Shown piece by piece: positions 11,520 through 23,064 of a stretch of 64,000 nt of DNA. The position numbers and the translations under genes were made by a program. Below the pieces are notes generated by a model. The model did no database searches and was not told the origin of the DNA. It saw nothing but the letters and a program-made list of their open reading frames with translations. Every line of letters starts with the position of its first letter. The first letter of the stretch is position 1. Source of the DNA: Blastocladiella emersonii ATCC 22665 (lineage: Eukaryota; Fungi; Blastocladiomycota); the NCBI GenBank assembly GCA_025594325.1, contig JANHCV010000010.1, positions 1,178,001 through 1,242,000 on the forward strand, in the 5' to 3' direction.

Positions 11520-12570
11520 ACACGTCGGGGTAGACGATCGTCTCAACCACCCATCGAGCGGTATCATGCTGTCGCGGTCCGGAACGAAATACGTGGTGTG
11601 TATCCACGACGTGACGCCCGGCAGTATTACGCTCGACAAGTCGTTTGAGACCGAGACCAAGATCAAGAAGATCAAGGACACGAAAGGGTGAGACCTGTAC
11701 CGCGTCGCGCGGCACGCGAATCCCGCGGCGCCTGGCGGGATCGACGTCACGCTGTGCGTGTCCATCAACAAGGCCGTGTGCCAGATTCTCAAGTGGGACC
11801 ACGGCGTGTTCATCAAGCTACAGGTACGCCGGCGCGGTCGCGCGCATCGAGGTGGGCAGAACTGACTCTCGCGTTGCGTCGCGTCGTGTAGGAAGTCTCC
11901 ATGGCCAGCCCGATCAAGATGCTCGACTGCATCAACATGACCAAGATCTTTGTCGCGCACGAGTTCCACTTCTCGCTCATCGACCTCGAGACCTCGACGC
12001 TCGATATCCTCAACAACCCTGTCGGCGCCGAGCGCACCGGGCCCGCCGTCCGCGCCGCCTCGTTTGGCGAGCGGCAGTACCTCTTGTGCTACCAGAGTAC
12101 GCGTTCTACCCATCGCTTCCGCCGCCCTCACTCACAAAAAACATCGCGCTCTAGACGTGGGCATCGTGCTCGAACACTCTGGCCCCGCGGCATCCGGCTC
12201 GCCCGCGTCGACACAGAGCCCGATCACGATGCGCCGGCGCCCGTTCCCGTGGCGGCAGCCCGTGCAGTTCGCGGACCGGCTCGGGCCCGACCACTTTGCC
12301 GCGTGCGGCGCCGGGCTCCTCGACGTCTACAACGTGCACACGGGCAAGATCGCGCACATCTTCGAGACGAAGCGCGACCGACTCCGCAGCCTCTCGCTCC
12401 TAACGTCGCGCGACACGGGACTGCCCGGATCAGGCGTCCTCGGCGGCAAGGTGTACCTGCTCAGCTTCGAGGAGAAGGAGGGCGGCGGTGGCGGCGAGCC
12501 CGGTGCGGGAGGGAGCGTCGCGGGGTCGTACTCGGTCCTGTGTATCTCGAACGAGGTGGTGCCTGCGTGA
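11520..12570 (+). pseudogene. 5'-truncated CNH (citron homology) domain gene fragment with an in-frame TGA
   Basis: The spliced reading IMLSRSGTKYVVCIHD...KIKDTKG*DLYRV...ILKWDHGVFIKLQ / EVSMASPIKML... / ...PFPWRQPVQ...LDVYNVHTGKIAHIF resembles a CNH domain. TGA at 11689-11691 sits where CNH domains typically have KGC. Two GTACGC..AG introns; no upstream exons are visible. Confidence 0.6.
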
Positions 12571-12751
12571 TGGGCGGCGCGCAAGGGAGGAGGGAGAGAG
12601 GGTGGAGGATACATGCAACTATTTTTCTTGAATCAGATGGCGTGCGCTTAAGTCCTCTGCTGTCATGGGGAGATGACCAAAGTCGGTTTCGAGGAAACAC
12701 TGGGAATGTACGAGATACAGTTACCAAATCCAGTTGATGTCAGGGAGTGTA

Positions 12752-14146
12752 CTAGTTGGCGCGGCAGTAGCCGAGCCCCGAGCCGTCGCTGTCGCTGCTG
12801 TCACCGGCATCCGAATTGTCACTGTCATCGCTGCCAGAGTCACTCGAATCGTCGCAGACTTGTTTCTCGCTAACGGGCAGACCCGTGCGAGCCCACCAGT
12901 TCAGACGCGCGTTGACCTTGGCCGGATCGTCGCCGGGTGCCACGCAGTCCCAAGCTGCTGGGCGAACAAAGTCGCCCTCGGGCAGCAACTCGCGGAACAG
13001 GGCGAGGGCGAGAACGTTGTTGGAAGCACTCGTGCGCTGGATCGCCCGTTCCCAGAACGTGAAGTTGACCTTGGGAATATCAACGGAGAATTCCATGTCG
13101 TTGTTTGATACATTTTGGCAGAACCAGGCTAGAACCTCCTTGTTGCTGGAAGCGGCCGCGTAATCGAGGACGTTGGACCAGAACGCGCGCATGATCTTGA
13201 TCATGGTGTCGTTGTCGTGGCCAATGAAATCGTCGCCCTCGCTGCAGCCGGGGCAGCACGGAGAGCAGTCCATGTACACGTCTTTCGTGATGGCCGTTTC
13301 GGGAAACGAGAGCGATCGACAGACGTCGTAAAAGTTCGGAGTCGAGTAGATCCAGTCGAGCACCTGGATGCGCTTGTTGTTGACCACGTCCTCCAGAATC
13401 AGACCCCAATCGTCAACGAATCTCGCCCAACTCTCGCGCAGGTAAATGTCGTAGTTATCGAGAAGCTCCATGTTCTCGGCCAGCATGGCGAGTGCGGGGA
13501 TGGTGTTGCGGACATCGTCCCATTGCTCGTCAACCTTATCGCAAAACCATTCGACAACCTTGCAATGATTGTGCTCAACGGCATCCTTCATGCAACGCCA
13601 AGTAAACTTGATTTCGAGGTCCGACTCGTCCGACCACCACTCGAGCACCTGGATGTGCCCGCGCGAGCAGGCCTCCTCCACGGTGTCTTCCGTGTACCGG
13701 CCGACGCGAGCGTGCGCCTTGAGCCACTTGAGAACGTCCGCCTGCCCGCACGCAGACGCAATATCGGTCGGGTACGGCTCGGGAAACTTGGCCCAGTCAA
13801 ATCCAACACACTTGTCCAGCAAGTCGAGACGCCCGGCGGAGCTGATCAGGCAAACGTAGAATCCAAGCTGAGCGGGGTCTGAGCAGGGGCGGCGGTGCTC
13901 GATCAAAGTGTCGCGGAGCGCTTTGTGCGACGGGTCGAGAGCACGTTGAACTCGAGGATGCAGAGAGTAGCGGAAAGTAGCGTGGCGGAGCCGACTGAGA
14001 CCAGGAAGGACGCGCAGGAGCGGGAGCGGGTCGGCGCCGCGCGGGTCGAGCTTGACCACACGAATGAGAGTTTCTTCGATGGCATCATAGGGCAAGAAGA
14101 CTCTCCGCCGCATTTGCATGGAGTCGCTGCATGGTATCTGCTTCAT
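12752..14146 (-). CDS. Ankyrin-like repeat protein with an acidic C-terminal tail and no LRRs
   Basis: Repeats such as DIASACGQADVLKWL, EEACSRGHIQVLEWW and KDAVEHNHCKVVEWF. N-terminal LPYDAIEETL..PLPLLRVLP segment and a DSD-rich tail. The start is assigned to MKQIP; the ORF is open to 14311. Confidence 0.75.
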   Translation of the reverse strand: MKQIPCSDSMQMRRRVFLPYDAIEETLIRVVKLDPRGADPLPLLRVLPGLSRLRHATFRYSLHPRVQRALDPSHKALRDTLIEHRRPCSDPAQLGFYVCLISSAGRLDLLDKCVGFDWAKFPEPYPTDIASACGQADVLKWLKAHARVGRYTEDTVEEACSRGHIQVLEWWSDESDLEIKFTWRCMKDAVEHNHCKVVEWFCDKVDEQWDDVRNTIPALAMLAENMELLDNYDIYLRESWARFVDDWGLILEDVVNNKRIQVLDWIYSTPNFYDVCRSLSFPETAITKDVYMDCSPCCPGCSEGDDFIGHDNDTMIKIMRAFWSNVLDYAAASSNKEVLAWFCQNVSNNDMEFSVDIPKVNFTFWERAIQRTSASNNVLALALFRELLPEGDFVRPAAWDCVAPGDDPAKVNARLNWWARTGLPVSEKQVCDDSSDSGSDDSDNSDAGDSSDSDGSGLGYCRAN

Positions 14147-14509
14147 GGTCGGGTGTGCGAGCGGTGGCGGGAGCGAGATCAAGGGGCGGGGAGCGCCGAG
14201 CGAAAAGGTCCGCTCGCGATAAACAGCTTCCGGCCGATCACATGATTGTTCGGCGCGTCTCGCAGCACCAACGTTGCGTTGATTTGCCGTCACACAGCCT
14301 TCGGCTGGCACCGGCGCAGGGCTTTGCCCGTTCGCCCTTGCCCAGCCTCGCGCCGCGCACGCTCTCGCACTCCCAGCCTAAATCGTACAACGCGCCCACC
14401 TCCCGACATGCAAGCGAACGCTTACTGACCCTGCTCTTAGCGCCAACGAGCACGCTGAAGCTCAGGTTGCGCGTGATGGCGAGGTTGATGAAGTGTTGCT
14501 GTTGGCAGC

Positions 14510-15495
14510 CAGCGTTGCCTTGTTGGATTGATCATCCGCGTCGCTGTGTTGAGTTGGTGACCAGCGTTGCATTGTTGAGTTTGTGATCAGCGTCGCCTAG
14601 TTGCGTTGATGGCCAGCGTCGCCTTGTCGAGTTGATGAACAGCGTCGCCTTGTCGCCTCAACGACCAGCGTCGCCTCGTTGCGTGCGATGACCAGCGTCG
14701 TCTTGTTACGTTGATTCAGCGCCTCCTTATTGAATCGAAGATCAGCGTCGCCTCGTTGCGTTGATCAACAGTGTTGCCTTGTTGCGTTGATTATCAGCGT
14801 CGACTTGTCGAATTGATGCCAGCGTCGCCTTGTCGAGTTGATGGCCAGTGTCGCCTTGTCGAGTTGATGGCCAGCGTCGCCTTGTCGAGTTGGTGATCAG
14901 CGTTGCCTTGTTGTGCTGGCGACCAGCGTCGCCTTGTTGTGCTGGCGACCAGCGTCGCCTTGTTGGGTCGTGAACAGCGTCGCCTCGTTAAGTTGATGTT
15001 CAGCGTCGCCTCGTTGCGTTGATGACCAGCGTCGCATTGTTGCGCTAACAATCAGCGTCGCCCTGTTGCGTTGATAATTAGCGTGGCCTTGTTGAGTTGA
15101 TGTTCAGCGTCGTCTTGTTAAGTTAACGATCAGAGCCGCCTTGTCGAGTTGGTCACCACAGCCGCCTTGTTGGGTCGGGAACAGCGTCGCCTCATGAAGT
15201 TGATGTTCAGCGTCGCCTCATTGCGCTAGCAATCAGCGTCACCCTGTTGCGTTGATGATCAGCGTGGCCTTATTGAGTTGATGATCAGCGTGGCCTTATT
15301 GAGTTGATGTTCAGCGTCGTCGTGTTAAGTTGACGATCAGAGCCGCCTTGTCGAGTTGGTCACCAGAGCCGCCTTGTCAAGTTGGTCACCAGCGTCGCCT
15401 CGTTGTGTTGATGACCAGCGTCGCCTCGTTGTTTTGATGACCAGCGTTGTTCCGTTGTGCCGAAGATCAGCGTCGCCTTGTTGAGCTCATGATCA
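14510..15495. repeat. Minisatellite of about 26-bp units (CAGCGTCGCCTTGTTG(C/A)GTTGATGA(T/C)), roughly 38 copies, with higher-order structure
   Basis: Core CAGCGTCGCC recurs every 24-27 bp. A block of about 8 variant monomers starting at 14965 recurs at 15172 (about 207-bp period). Confidence 0.9.
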
Positions 15496-16313
15496 TGGAC
15501 TAGGACGACACGCCAGGAGGAACGTAATGAACGTCGTTCACGTTTGCCGCGTGGTTAGTCTGCGTCAGCCAAGTAAGGCAACTGCTGTAGGTAGCAGGAA
15601 CGTCATGGCGGATCCGTTTTGTCCACTCTCACATCATAGCAGCAACGTTTCTGCCGCGCTACTACCAGATACAATATGTCGTGCTACTCAGCAGCTCCGT
15701 GATCGAGTGGAAGATCATATGTCGCGACCCATCTTCGCCGCGCGACGCCATCGTTCTCCAGGCGATTGTTGCTACGTATCATGTCGTGCAGCACGACAAT
15801 AAAGTAATCAAGAATGATTTATATTTCACAGTAACAGCAGCTCCATTTTGCTTCTCATTTGCAGACAGGAACGCGCAAGCCATGGTGCGGTCGCAGACGC
15901 GATGTGGGGGCGACTGAAGCCGGACGGCAGTCAGTGAATGAAATGACACTTGCATAACGTGTAGTAGCAACAGAAAGCATATTTGTGGTGGGTTCACCTT
16001 CCGCACAGAACCGCAAGAGAGGAAGTGTTAGCGCGACCACGCGTTCAGCCACTCACGTAACGTGACAGAAGTGACGAGTCTCCATATGTCACGTGACACA
16101 GACCGAGACTTTCGAAGGGCCACCCAATATTTCAGGGCAAAGCCCTGCACTCCGCCTCGTTGAGTGCTCGAGCACTCACGACCCAACACACGAAACTGGA
16201 TGTGGCATGAGGAATCCGCTGGGCTCCTCCGACACGTCCAAGCGATCAAAACAGCCTGTAATCATACAAAGAAATGAACAAAACGCGAACTCGCAACCAT
16301 TTCGTCAAGTGCC

Positions 16314-18080
16314 TCAGAGTCGATACGTTGTCAGACTCGGCGGAGCAGCGGCTTCGAACGCGGCCTTGCCACTTTCGCTGAGCTTGTTGTCAAAAAGTGT
16401 CAGGAACTCGAGGCGAGGCGGGATGTGCGCAGCAAGCAGCTTTGCGCCAATATCGGTGATGCCGTTCATGTCGAGCTGCAGGGTGAGGAGCGTCGCAGGG
16501 AGAGCAGGCACAAGCTTGGTGAGAGCAGCATCATCGAGGTGCGCCATGCGAAGGTGGAGAGCCTCGAGCTGCGGAGGCATGTGCTTCGCAAGTAGCGCCG
16601 ATCCGGCTAGACCAAGCTCGGCTCCGGAAAGGTTGAGCTGGCGCAGCGTGTGGGGCAGCCGCGGTATGAGTTCCGTGCTACTCGAGGCAGACAAGTTGCT
16701 CAAGTAGAGATCGAGCGTGCTCAGCTGAGCGGGAAGCGCATCGATGAGCGCATGGGCGACTATGTCGTCAAGCTCGACGCGGCAGAGCTCCAGCTCGGTG
16801 ATGGATGGAGGCAGCGACGCAAGAAGGCGCGGCAGCTGGGCAAGGTCGATATGGCTGTGGCCGAGGCCGAGCACTTTGAGGTTTGGTGGGAATGAATCCG
16901 CGAGTGCACGAGCTTCCTCGGCGCCAAACGTGTTGTACTCGGCACTGATTTCGGTCAGTGACACCGGGAAGCTCCAACAAAGCGGCTTGTCTGATTCGTT
17001 GAGCCCGGTATTGCTCAGGTTCAGCGTGAGGAGCGAGGCAGGAAGCATGGGACCGAGAACCGCAAGCCCGATCCCCGAAAAATCATTGTAGCGGAGGTCG
17101 AGCGACGTGAGGCAAGGGGGGAAAAGGAGCGCGAGTGATTCGGCAGCGTCGTCGTCAATTCCGCAGCCCGTGAGCGACAGCGAGGTGAGACTGGGCGGAA
17201 GGCGGGCGAGCACAAGTTCCAGAGCCTCCGAGAAGTCGCTCGAGCTCAGCGTGAGCGACTCGAGTCGCGAGGGCCACGGCATGGGCACAAGTTCGCGAGC
17301 CAAACTGTTGCTCCCGAGCCAGTGTCCATCGAAAGTGGCGGACACGACCGACTCGGGCAGTCGCAGTGCAAGGAGGCGGGGCAGATCGAGCGTACAGCCA
17401 GTGAAGGACACTGAGCGCAAATTTTGGGAGGACGAGGCCATGGCGGCGTTGAGCGTTGCGATACCAGCGGGCGAGATGGCTTCGTTGGTCAGCTCGAGCT
17501 CGGTCAAGTGTCCTTCGGCAACATCAGCTCGCACTGACTCGATGCCTACATCCACAACGGGCGGGGTCGAGTGGCCCTGTGTTCGCGCGCATTCGCAAGT
17601 CGGTTAAGTTCGCCGAGCTTCGTAATACTGAGATGACGAAACACGTACAATCAAGTCGTCGCCGTCGTAAATACTCTCGCCAAGACCGAGCGCGAGGCGG
17701 GCATCGGCCTCAATCTCGTAATCATCGGCCCAGGTCCCGACTTCGTGCAGGGCGAGGGCCCCGGAGTCACGCCACCACTCGAGAGACAACAAGTGACCAC
17801 CGTCAATGGCCTCGTTCAAGGCATCCGTCGAGCACTGAAGCGGCAGGCCAAGCTCGGTCCACTTGTCGAGCACACGGACGTTTCCATTCGCAGTGGCCTC
17901 GTCAAGCGAGAGGACAGGGGAGCGAGAGAGGATCGCTCGCGTTACGCCCGGGGCAAGCTCGTGTCGCGCGACGCGGGCGTACTGCAACAGCCCCGCAACG
18001 TCGTCCGGGTCGGGGTGCAAGTTGATTGCGTGGACAAGGATCCGGTCAAGAATTCGAGGAGCATAAAGCGCAGAGAACAT
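16314..18080 (-). CDS. LRR-3: subfamily B LRR protein, 2 exons (564 aa)
   Basis: Exon 1 is 18080-17649 (MFSALYAPRILDRIL...SLDEATANGNVRVLDKW...LEWWRDSG), then phase-0 intron 17648-17577, then exon 2 17576-16314 with about 12 LRRs. Confidence 0.87.
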
Positions 18081-18613
18081 GTTGCATCAAGTTTCCATCG
18101 GGATTGCATAAACTGCACCGTGCACGGGGAGAGATGAGCCGAACGACGGCGGCGGGTCGACTCAGAGGGGCAAAAAGCTGGTCGATCAGCCACACGTGAT
18201 ATCGCGTCGTGTCCTTCCTCGCTCGTGTCGCTCCCGGGCCAAGGCGACGCCAGTAAAGCAGCGTATAACATGACGTCCTCGATGAGGATGACGTAAACGC
18301 GTCTAGGACAGAACGTTGGCGCCCAATGCGAACACATCTCGCCTTCCAATGTAGCTCGTTGCCACGCGAGCAGACGCCTCGCGGATCATCCTGACGCTCA
18401 TGGTTAGTGAGGGAACAAATAATCCAATACACTTCAGCGTAACAAAGCGGTCGTGCGACCTGCACATGCGAGGGATCATTCCCAGTCTGGCGAGCTCGAC
18501 TGGTCGGAAACGGCATCCTCCTCGTCGTCATCGTCATCGTCATCCTCGATCCCGCCGTGTTCGTAATCAATGAAACCATCGTCAAAATCAGCGTCAGAAT
18601 CGGACGAGTCGTC

Positions 18614-20404
18614 CTACGTCACCGGGAACTGCAATTCGGTGAGCGTGGCGGGGGCCGCGTCGCGGAGTGCAGCCTCACCACTCCCGTTCGTGATGCGGGT
18701 ATCGATGAGCAGCAGCTTCTCGAGAGCCGGCGGCAAGTGCTGGGCAAGCACACGCGCGCCGTCGTCCGTGATCTCAAAGGTGCCCGAAAGATCGAGCGAG
18801 CGAAGTGTCGACGGGAGCACGGGTGCAAGAAGGGCGACCGCGTCGTCCGAGGCATTGGTGCGCTCGAGGTCCAGCTTCTCTAGGCTGGGCGGCATGCACT
18901 GCGCAAGGACACGGAAGCCGTGCGCGCCAAGGTCGTTGCCGCGGATGATGAGGTCACGAAGCGTGCGCGGGAGGCGCCGAAACATGTAGGCGGCAATCTT
19001 GGGAGTGAGCCCAGCACTCATAAGTTCCAGCCGCTCGAGCCCAGCGGGAAGGCTGCGCGCGAGCAAGTACAGGATTGATGCCGACCGAGAATCAAGGTTC
19101 GATGACAGATCGAGGCTCCGTAGCGTGGCTGGGAGCGCGGTGAGCAGGTGTTTGGCGCCCGGCTCCGAAATGTTGGCGGACTTGACGTGTAGCGTCTCGA
19201 GATTGGGCGGCATCGCGTCAGCCAAAGCGCGTGCGCCGATCGTGTAAAGGTCAGTGCCGCTGAAAATGAGAGTCTTGACGGTCGCGGGGAACGACCAGCG
19301 GACGGTGGAGGTGGCATTCTCGTTACAGAGCTTATTGCTGCACATAGAGATCGACTCGAGTGCAACTGGGAGATGCGGGCACATGTCTGCGAAACCCGTG
19401 GCCGTAATATCGTTCCCGGTGAAATCAAGGTCGATCACGCATGGCGGAAGGCGCTTGAGAATGGCCAGGACGAGGTGGTCGCCGTAGCGGTTATCCATGA
19501 GCTTGAGTGCCTTGAGCCCGCACGGGAGGCGCTCGAGGAGACGAGTAGCAAAGTACGCATCGTGCCGGTTGTACGAAAAATCAAGGCGCTCGAGCTGCGA
19601 CGGCCACTGCCACGAGTCGATCCAGCGCCGGTCTGCGGTTTCGAGAATCCACGAATGGCTGAGGTTGAGCGAGGTAAGCGTCGAGGGGAAGCGGAAGTGG
19701 GAGAGGCGCTCGCAGTCGATGGTGCTGCCCTTTAGATTGAGCGAGGTAAGGGCCTGGTCGGGACTCGTCACGGCGACATTGAGAGCGTTGATCCCATTGA
19801 TAGTGATGGGCTGGAAGCAGAGTTTGAGCTCGGTCTGCGTGCCAGCCGCGATCGCATCGACAGCTGCAAAGATGACCGAGTCGGTGGGAATCCGCTCAAA
19901 GGAATCCTATTCAGAGCGAGCCGCCAACGCGTGAGACAGTCCACCCGGGAGGGGTTAGTACAGAGGGACACGTACCTCCCAGCGGTCGCGCAGGTGATTG
20001 TACTTGGACTTGGGGAAGCCAAGCGTCCCGCGCACGCGGTGGAGAAAATCATCCGTCCTGACCTTGGGAAGCGCAAGGCCCGAGTTACGAAGCCAGTCAA
20101 GGGTGCGCAGAGGCGAGGCACGGAGAGTATCGCTCAAGAAGTTGAGGGAAATGCCCAGCGCAAGGTACTTGTCCAGGAGCGCGGCGTGGCCGTTTCGCAT
20201 GGCCTTGTCGGCCGTGTGGTAGCTCGAGTGACGCAAGATGGCCTTGTGCACGCGCGGGATAAGGTTCGCGTGCGTGACGCCGGCAATCTGCTGGAAGCCG
20301 TCGAGATCGTCGCGGCTGAGCGACCACACGGCGAAACATAAAACGCGTTCAATCAGCTCGGGTATGTTGAGCGTGACGGTCATGTCCGTTTGCATCAGCT
20401 TCAT
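18614..20404 (-). CDS. LRR-4: subfamily A LRR protein, 2 exons (573 aa); the stop precedes an in-frame acidic tail
   Basis: Exon 1 is 20404-19976, intron 19975-19907 (GTACGT..ACTAAC..ATAG), exon 2 19906-18614. Confidence 0.87.
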
Positions 20405-20544
20405 AAAGTGTACAAGCGATCGAATCGCCACGAGGGAGAGAAGGGAGAAGGCAGCGGGCAAGCGACCGAGCGAGCGGCGCAGGAACCGCCCTGAGCGGGG
20501 ACTCACACCGCCGCCATCCTGTCACGCCTGTCAAGCCACTTCAG

Positions 20545-20566
20545 ATCAGGTGAATGGCGCAACGCG
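20545..20566. promoter_or_regulatory. Conserved upstream motif of LRR-4 (ATCAGGTGAATGGCGCAACGCG)
   Basis: Matches 9126 and 11482; about 140 bp upstream of the ATG. Confidence 0.6.
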
Positions 20567-21622
20567 CCCTCTGCTCCGTTTCCAAGTCCTCTTGCGTGGG
20601 GCACCGCCCATCAAGAATAAGTGTTAGACGTTTATTAACGGTACGAGCGTGGTGGATCAAAGTCCGAGTGATACAGTCGAGTCGCGAGAAGCGCAACACC
20701 CCAGCAAGCGCCCACATTTCCGCTCGCGCGCAACTGCACCCAGGTTCTCAACCAAGTGATGCGTTAAGTTTTTGGACAGAAAATATTTCCCAAATGCACT
20801 CGAGTGCAGTCTAACGACCAATTTCGAACGCCTGCATCCGCTCCTCCCCTTTGGGCGAGATATCCGTGCCAACGAGATCAACTTGGACAAGCGTGGCAGT
20901 GCCCGAGCTTCGAGAAAGTCAATGACGTCGTCGTCTACGCGATTGTCGGAGATGCACAGGGACTCGAGCGAGTCGGGCAGGACATCGACCACTTGTGCAA
21001 AGCTGGCGTTGACGAGCCAGGTGCGTTCCAGATCAAGCTCGATCAGCGACGAAGCGTCGCCGAGCCAGGCGAGAAGCGCCTCGAAGTCGTCGTCGAGCAC
21101 CGAGCTTTTCGGGAGCTTGAGATGGGTCATGGTCGGAGCGGAAAGACGTGCGAGCAGCCGCGAAATTGTCCCGGTTTCAGTCAGGCAAGAGTTGAGTGAA
21201 AACGACACTAGACTCGTTGGAATAAACTCGACGAACTGATCCATATTCGAGGTGGTTGTGGACTCGCTACATACGAAACGAAAGCAACGAAGCCGGGTTG
21301 TACGAGCAAACAGCTCACGCAGCACGGCGGGAGCTTGACCAAGTTTGCCTAAGGGCCCGTTTGGTTCCGGGGTGAATCAGGTGGATCAATCGATTTTACA
21401 CGGTCCGGTGTTCACCCAGCTGAAACGTGGCATTTTCACCCCGTCGTGTTCATCGCGGCGTTTGGTTCAACCCCCGGGTGAGCTGAATGGAACCCTCGTC
21501 GCTGAATCGCCCGTCTGCTCGCCCCCGAAACCTTCAGGCTGTGCTCCCCGGCCTATGTAAACGCCGTTTTCCTCCAAAGTAACTCGCTCTCTCTCCCCCG
21601 TCCTCCCTCAAAGCCGAAAAGA

Positions 21623-22751
21623 ATGGCTCCCCCGTCAAGCAAAAAGCGCGCTGGCCGTACGGCCATGTCCATCGAGGAGATCGTCAAGAACGTGCCCGAA
21701 ATCCCGCCGCCGCCCGCCGATAGCGACGAGGATGCAGATGACGACGCTGCTGGGAGCGACGGCAACGCTGCTGTCACGCCGACCAACCCGCTGCCGCCCG
21801 TGACCATCGCCAAGCCAAGCAAGCGCAAGGCCAGTGGCAGCAAGGCCAGCAGCGGCAAGGCCAGCGGCGGCAAGGCCACCTTCTGCTCCGCGTCGACCAA
21901 CTTCCTCCTCGACCACTTCTGCAACCTCGCTGACGACGGCGTGCTCGGCGACAGCAACACGCTCAAGGCCCAGCACCGTGTGTCGATTGCCCAGGCCCTG
22001 TCGGACGAGTTCAACATGCAGTTTACGGCGGAGCAGGTCAAGAACCGCGTGACATACGTACGCTTTGTCTTGCGGACACGCGTCAACCGTAGCGCTAACA
22101 ACGTCAGCGTTCGGCTCCAGCTTCGCACTTGTTTTCGCGCCGTAAAACGGCTTCTGTCGTACTCGGGCAACGGCTGCACCTGGAATGAGGGTGAGTGCAC
22201 GGTCGACGTGCCAGAGGAGTTCTGGAACGATCTCTCGGTACGTTTGTTCAATATCGTTACGCGTCAACTCGCGGCGAGCTAACAGCGCCTGGCCTGCTTC
22301 AATTGTAGGCAGAGCTCAAGGAGGAGCTGACTGCGGGCTGCAAGCCCTTCCCGTACTACAAGAAGGCCAACATGCTGTGGGGCAGCTCGACCGCCACCGG
22401 CAAGTACTCGCACCTCGAGCAGGACGCAAGGAGTCTGGTGACGTGGAAGGTGTTGATGGTCAAGACGACGCGGCCCCCGCCAGCAAGCGCAGCCGCACTT
22501 CGGACAGCAGCTCGCGTCGCCTCTCGGACTCGGAATTCCTCATGGGCATCAAGGAGGTGTTCCAGAGCGTCTCAACCGCCGACTCCAAGCCCGTTCTGAC
22601 CGCCGCACTTGAATGGGTCCAGGACGCGTACAATGACAATGAAGAGTACCAGATCGACGTCGCCACCCGCCTGACCGAGGATCAAACGCTTCGCGTCATG
22701 GCCGTGTCCGAATCGAAGCGCAAGCGCGTCCTCGAGTTTTTCATTCAGTAG
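21623..22751 (+). CDS. Harbinger Myb/SANT-like DNA-binding protein with an apparent frameshift in exon 3
   Basis: Exons 21623-22057, 22121-22237 and 22309 onward. Motifs FTAEQVKNRVTYLR, SGNGCTWNE..TVDVPEEFW and KPFPYYKKANMLWGSSTATG. The plausible C-terminus (…FLMGIKEVF…RVLEFFIQ) is in another frame after about 22420. Confidence 0.78.
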
Positions 22752-23064
22752 CTCTCTCGCACATGTCCCCCTCCCCTCGCGTTGCTTCCTGGCCTTGTTC
22801 TCGCCCATTTGTGTCCAATACATCTGGCTTTGTGTCCATCGTATCTTCAATCGTTACCCTTCGCTCGAAAATGACGCGACTCGTTGAGAAACGCGTGGTT
22901 CTCAAAGTGTCTCGCACGTCACGTGATTGATCGACGCGTCTCCACCGATGCGTTCTGACCTCAGCGACGCGTCAAATCATCTGGAATCGCTTATCTAACG
23001 TTATAGTACTTGACAAATCAGTATATTACAGCATGCATGCGGGTACAACAATTATTTCGCGCCT

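Noticed and set aside
11689-11691. Selenocysteine recoding of the TGA in the CNH fragment
   Set aside because: CNH domains are not known selenoproteins, the gene is 5'-truncated and no SECIS was identified. A TGC-to-TGA nonsense change is simpler.
14794-15051. Repeat-encoded protein (KATL repeats)
   Set aside because: The 26-bp unit is not a multiple of 3 and the frames break repeatedly.
14510-15495. CRISPR-like array
   Set aside because: The intervening segments are degenerate copies of one another rather than unique spacers, the genome is eukaryotic, and there are no cas genes.
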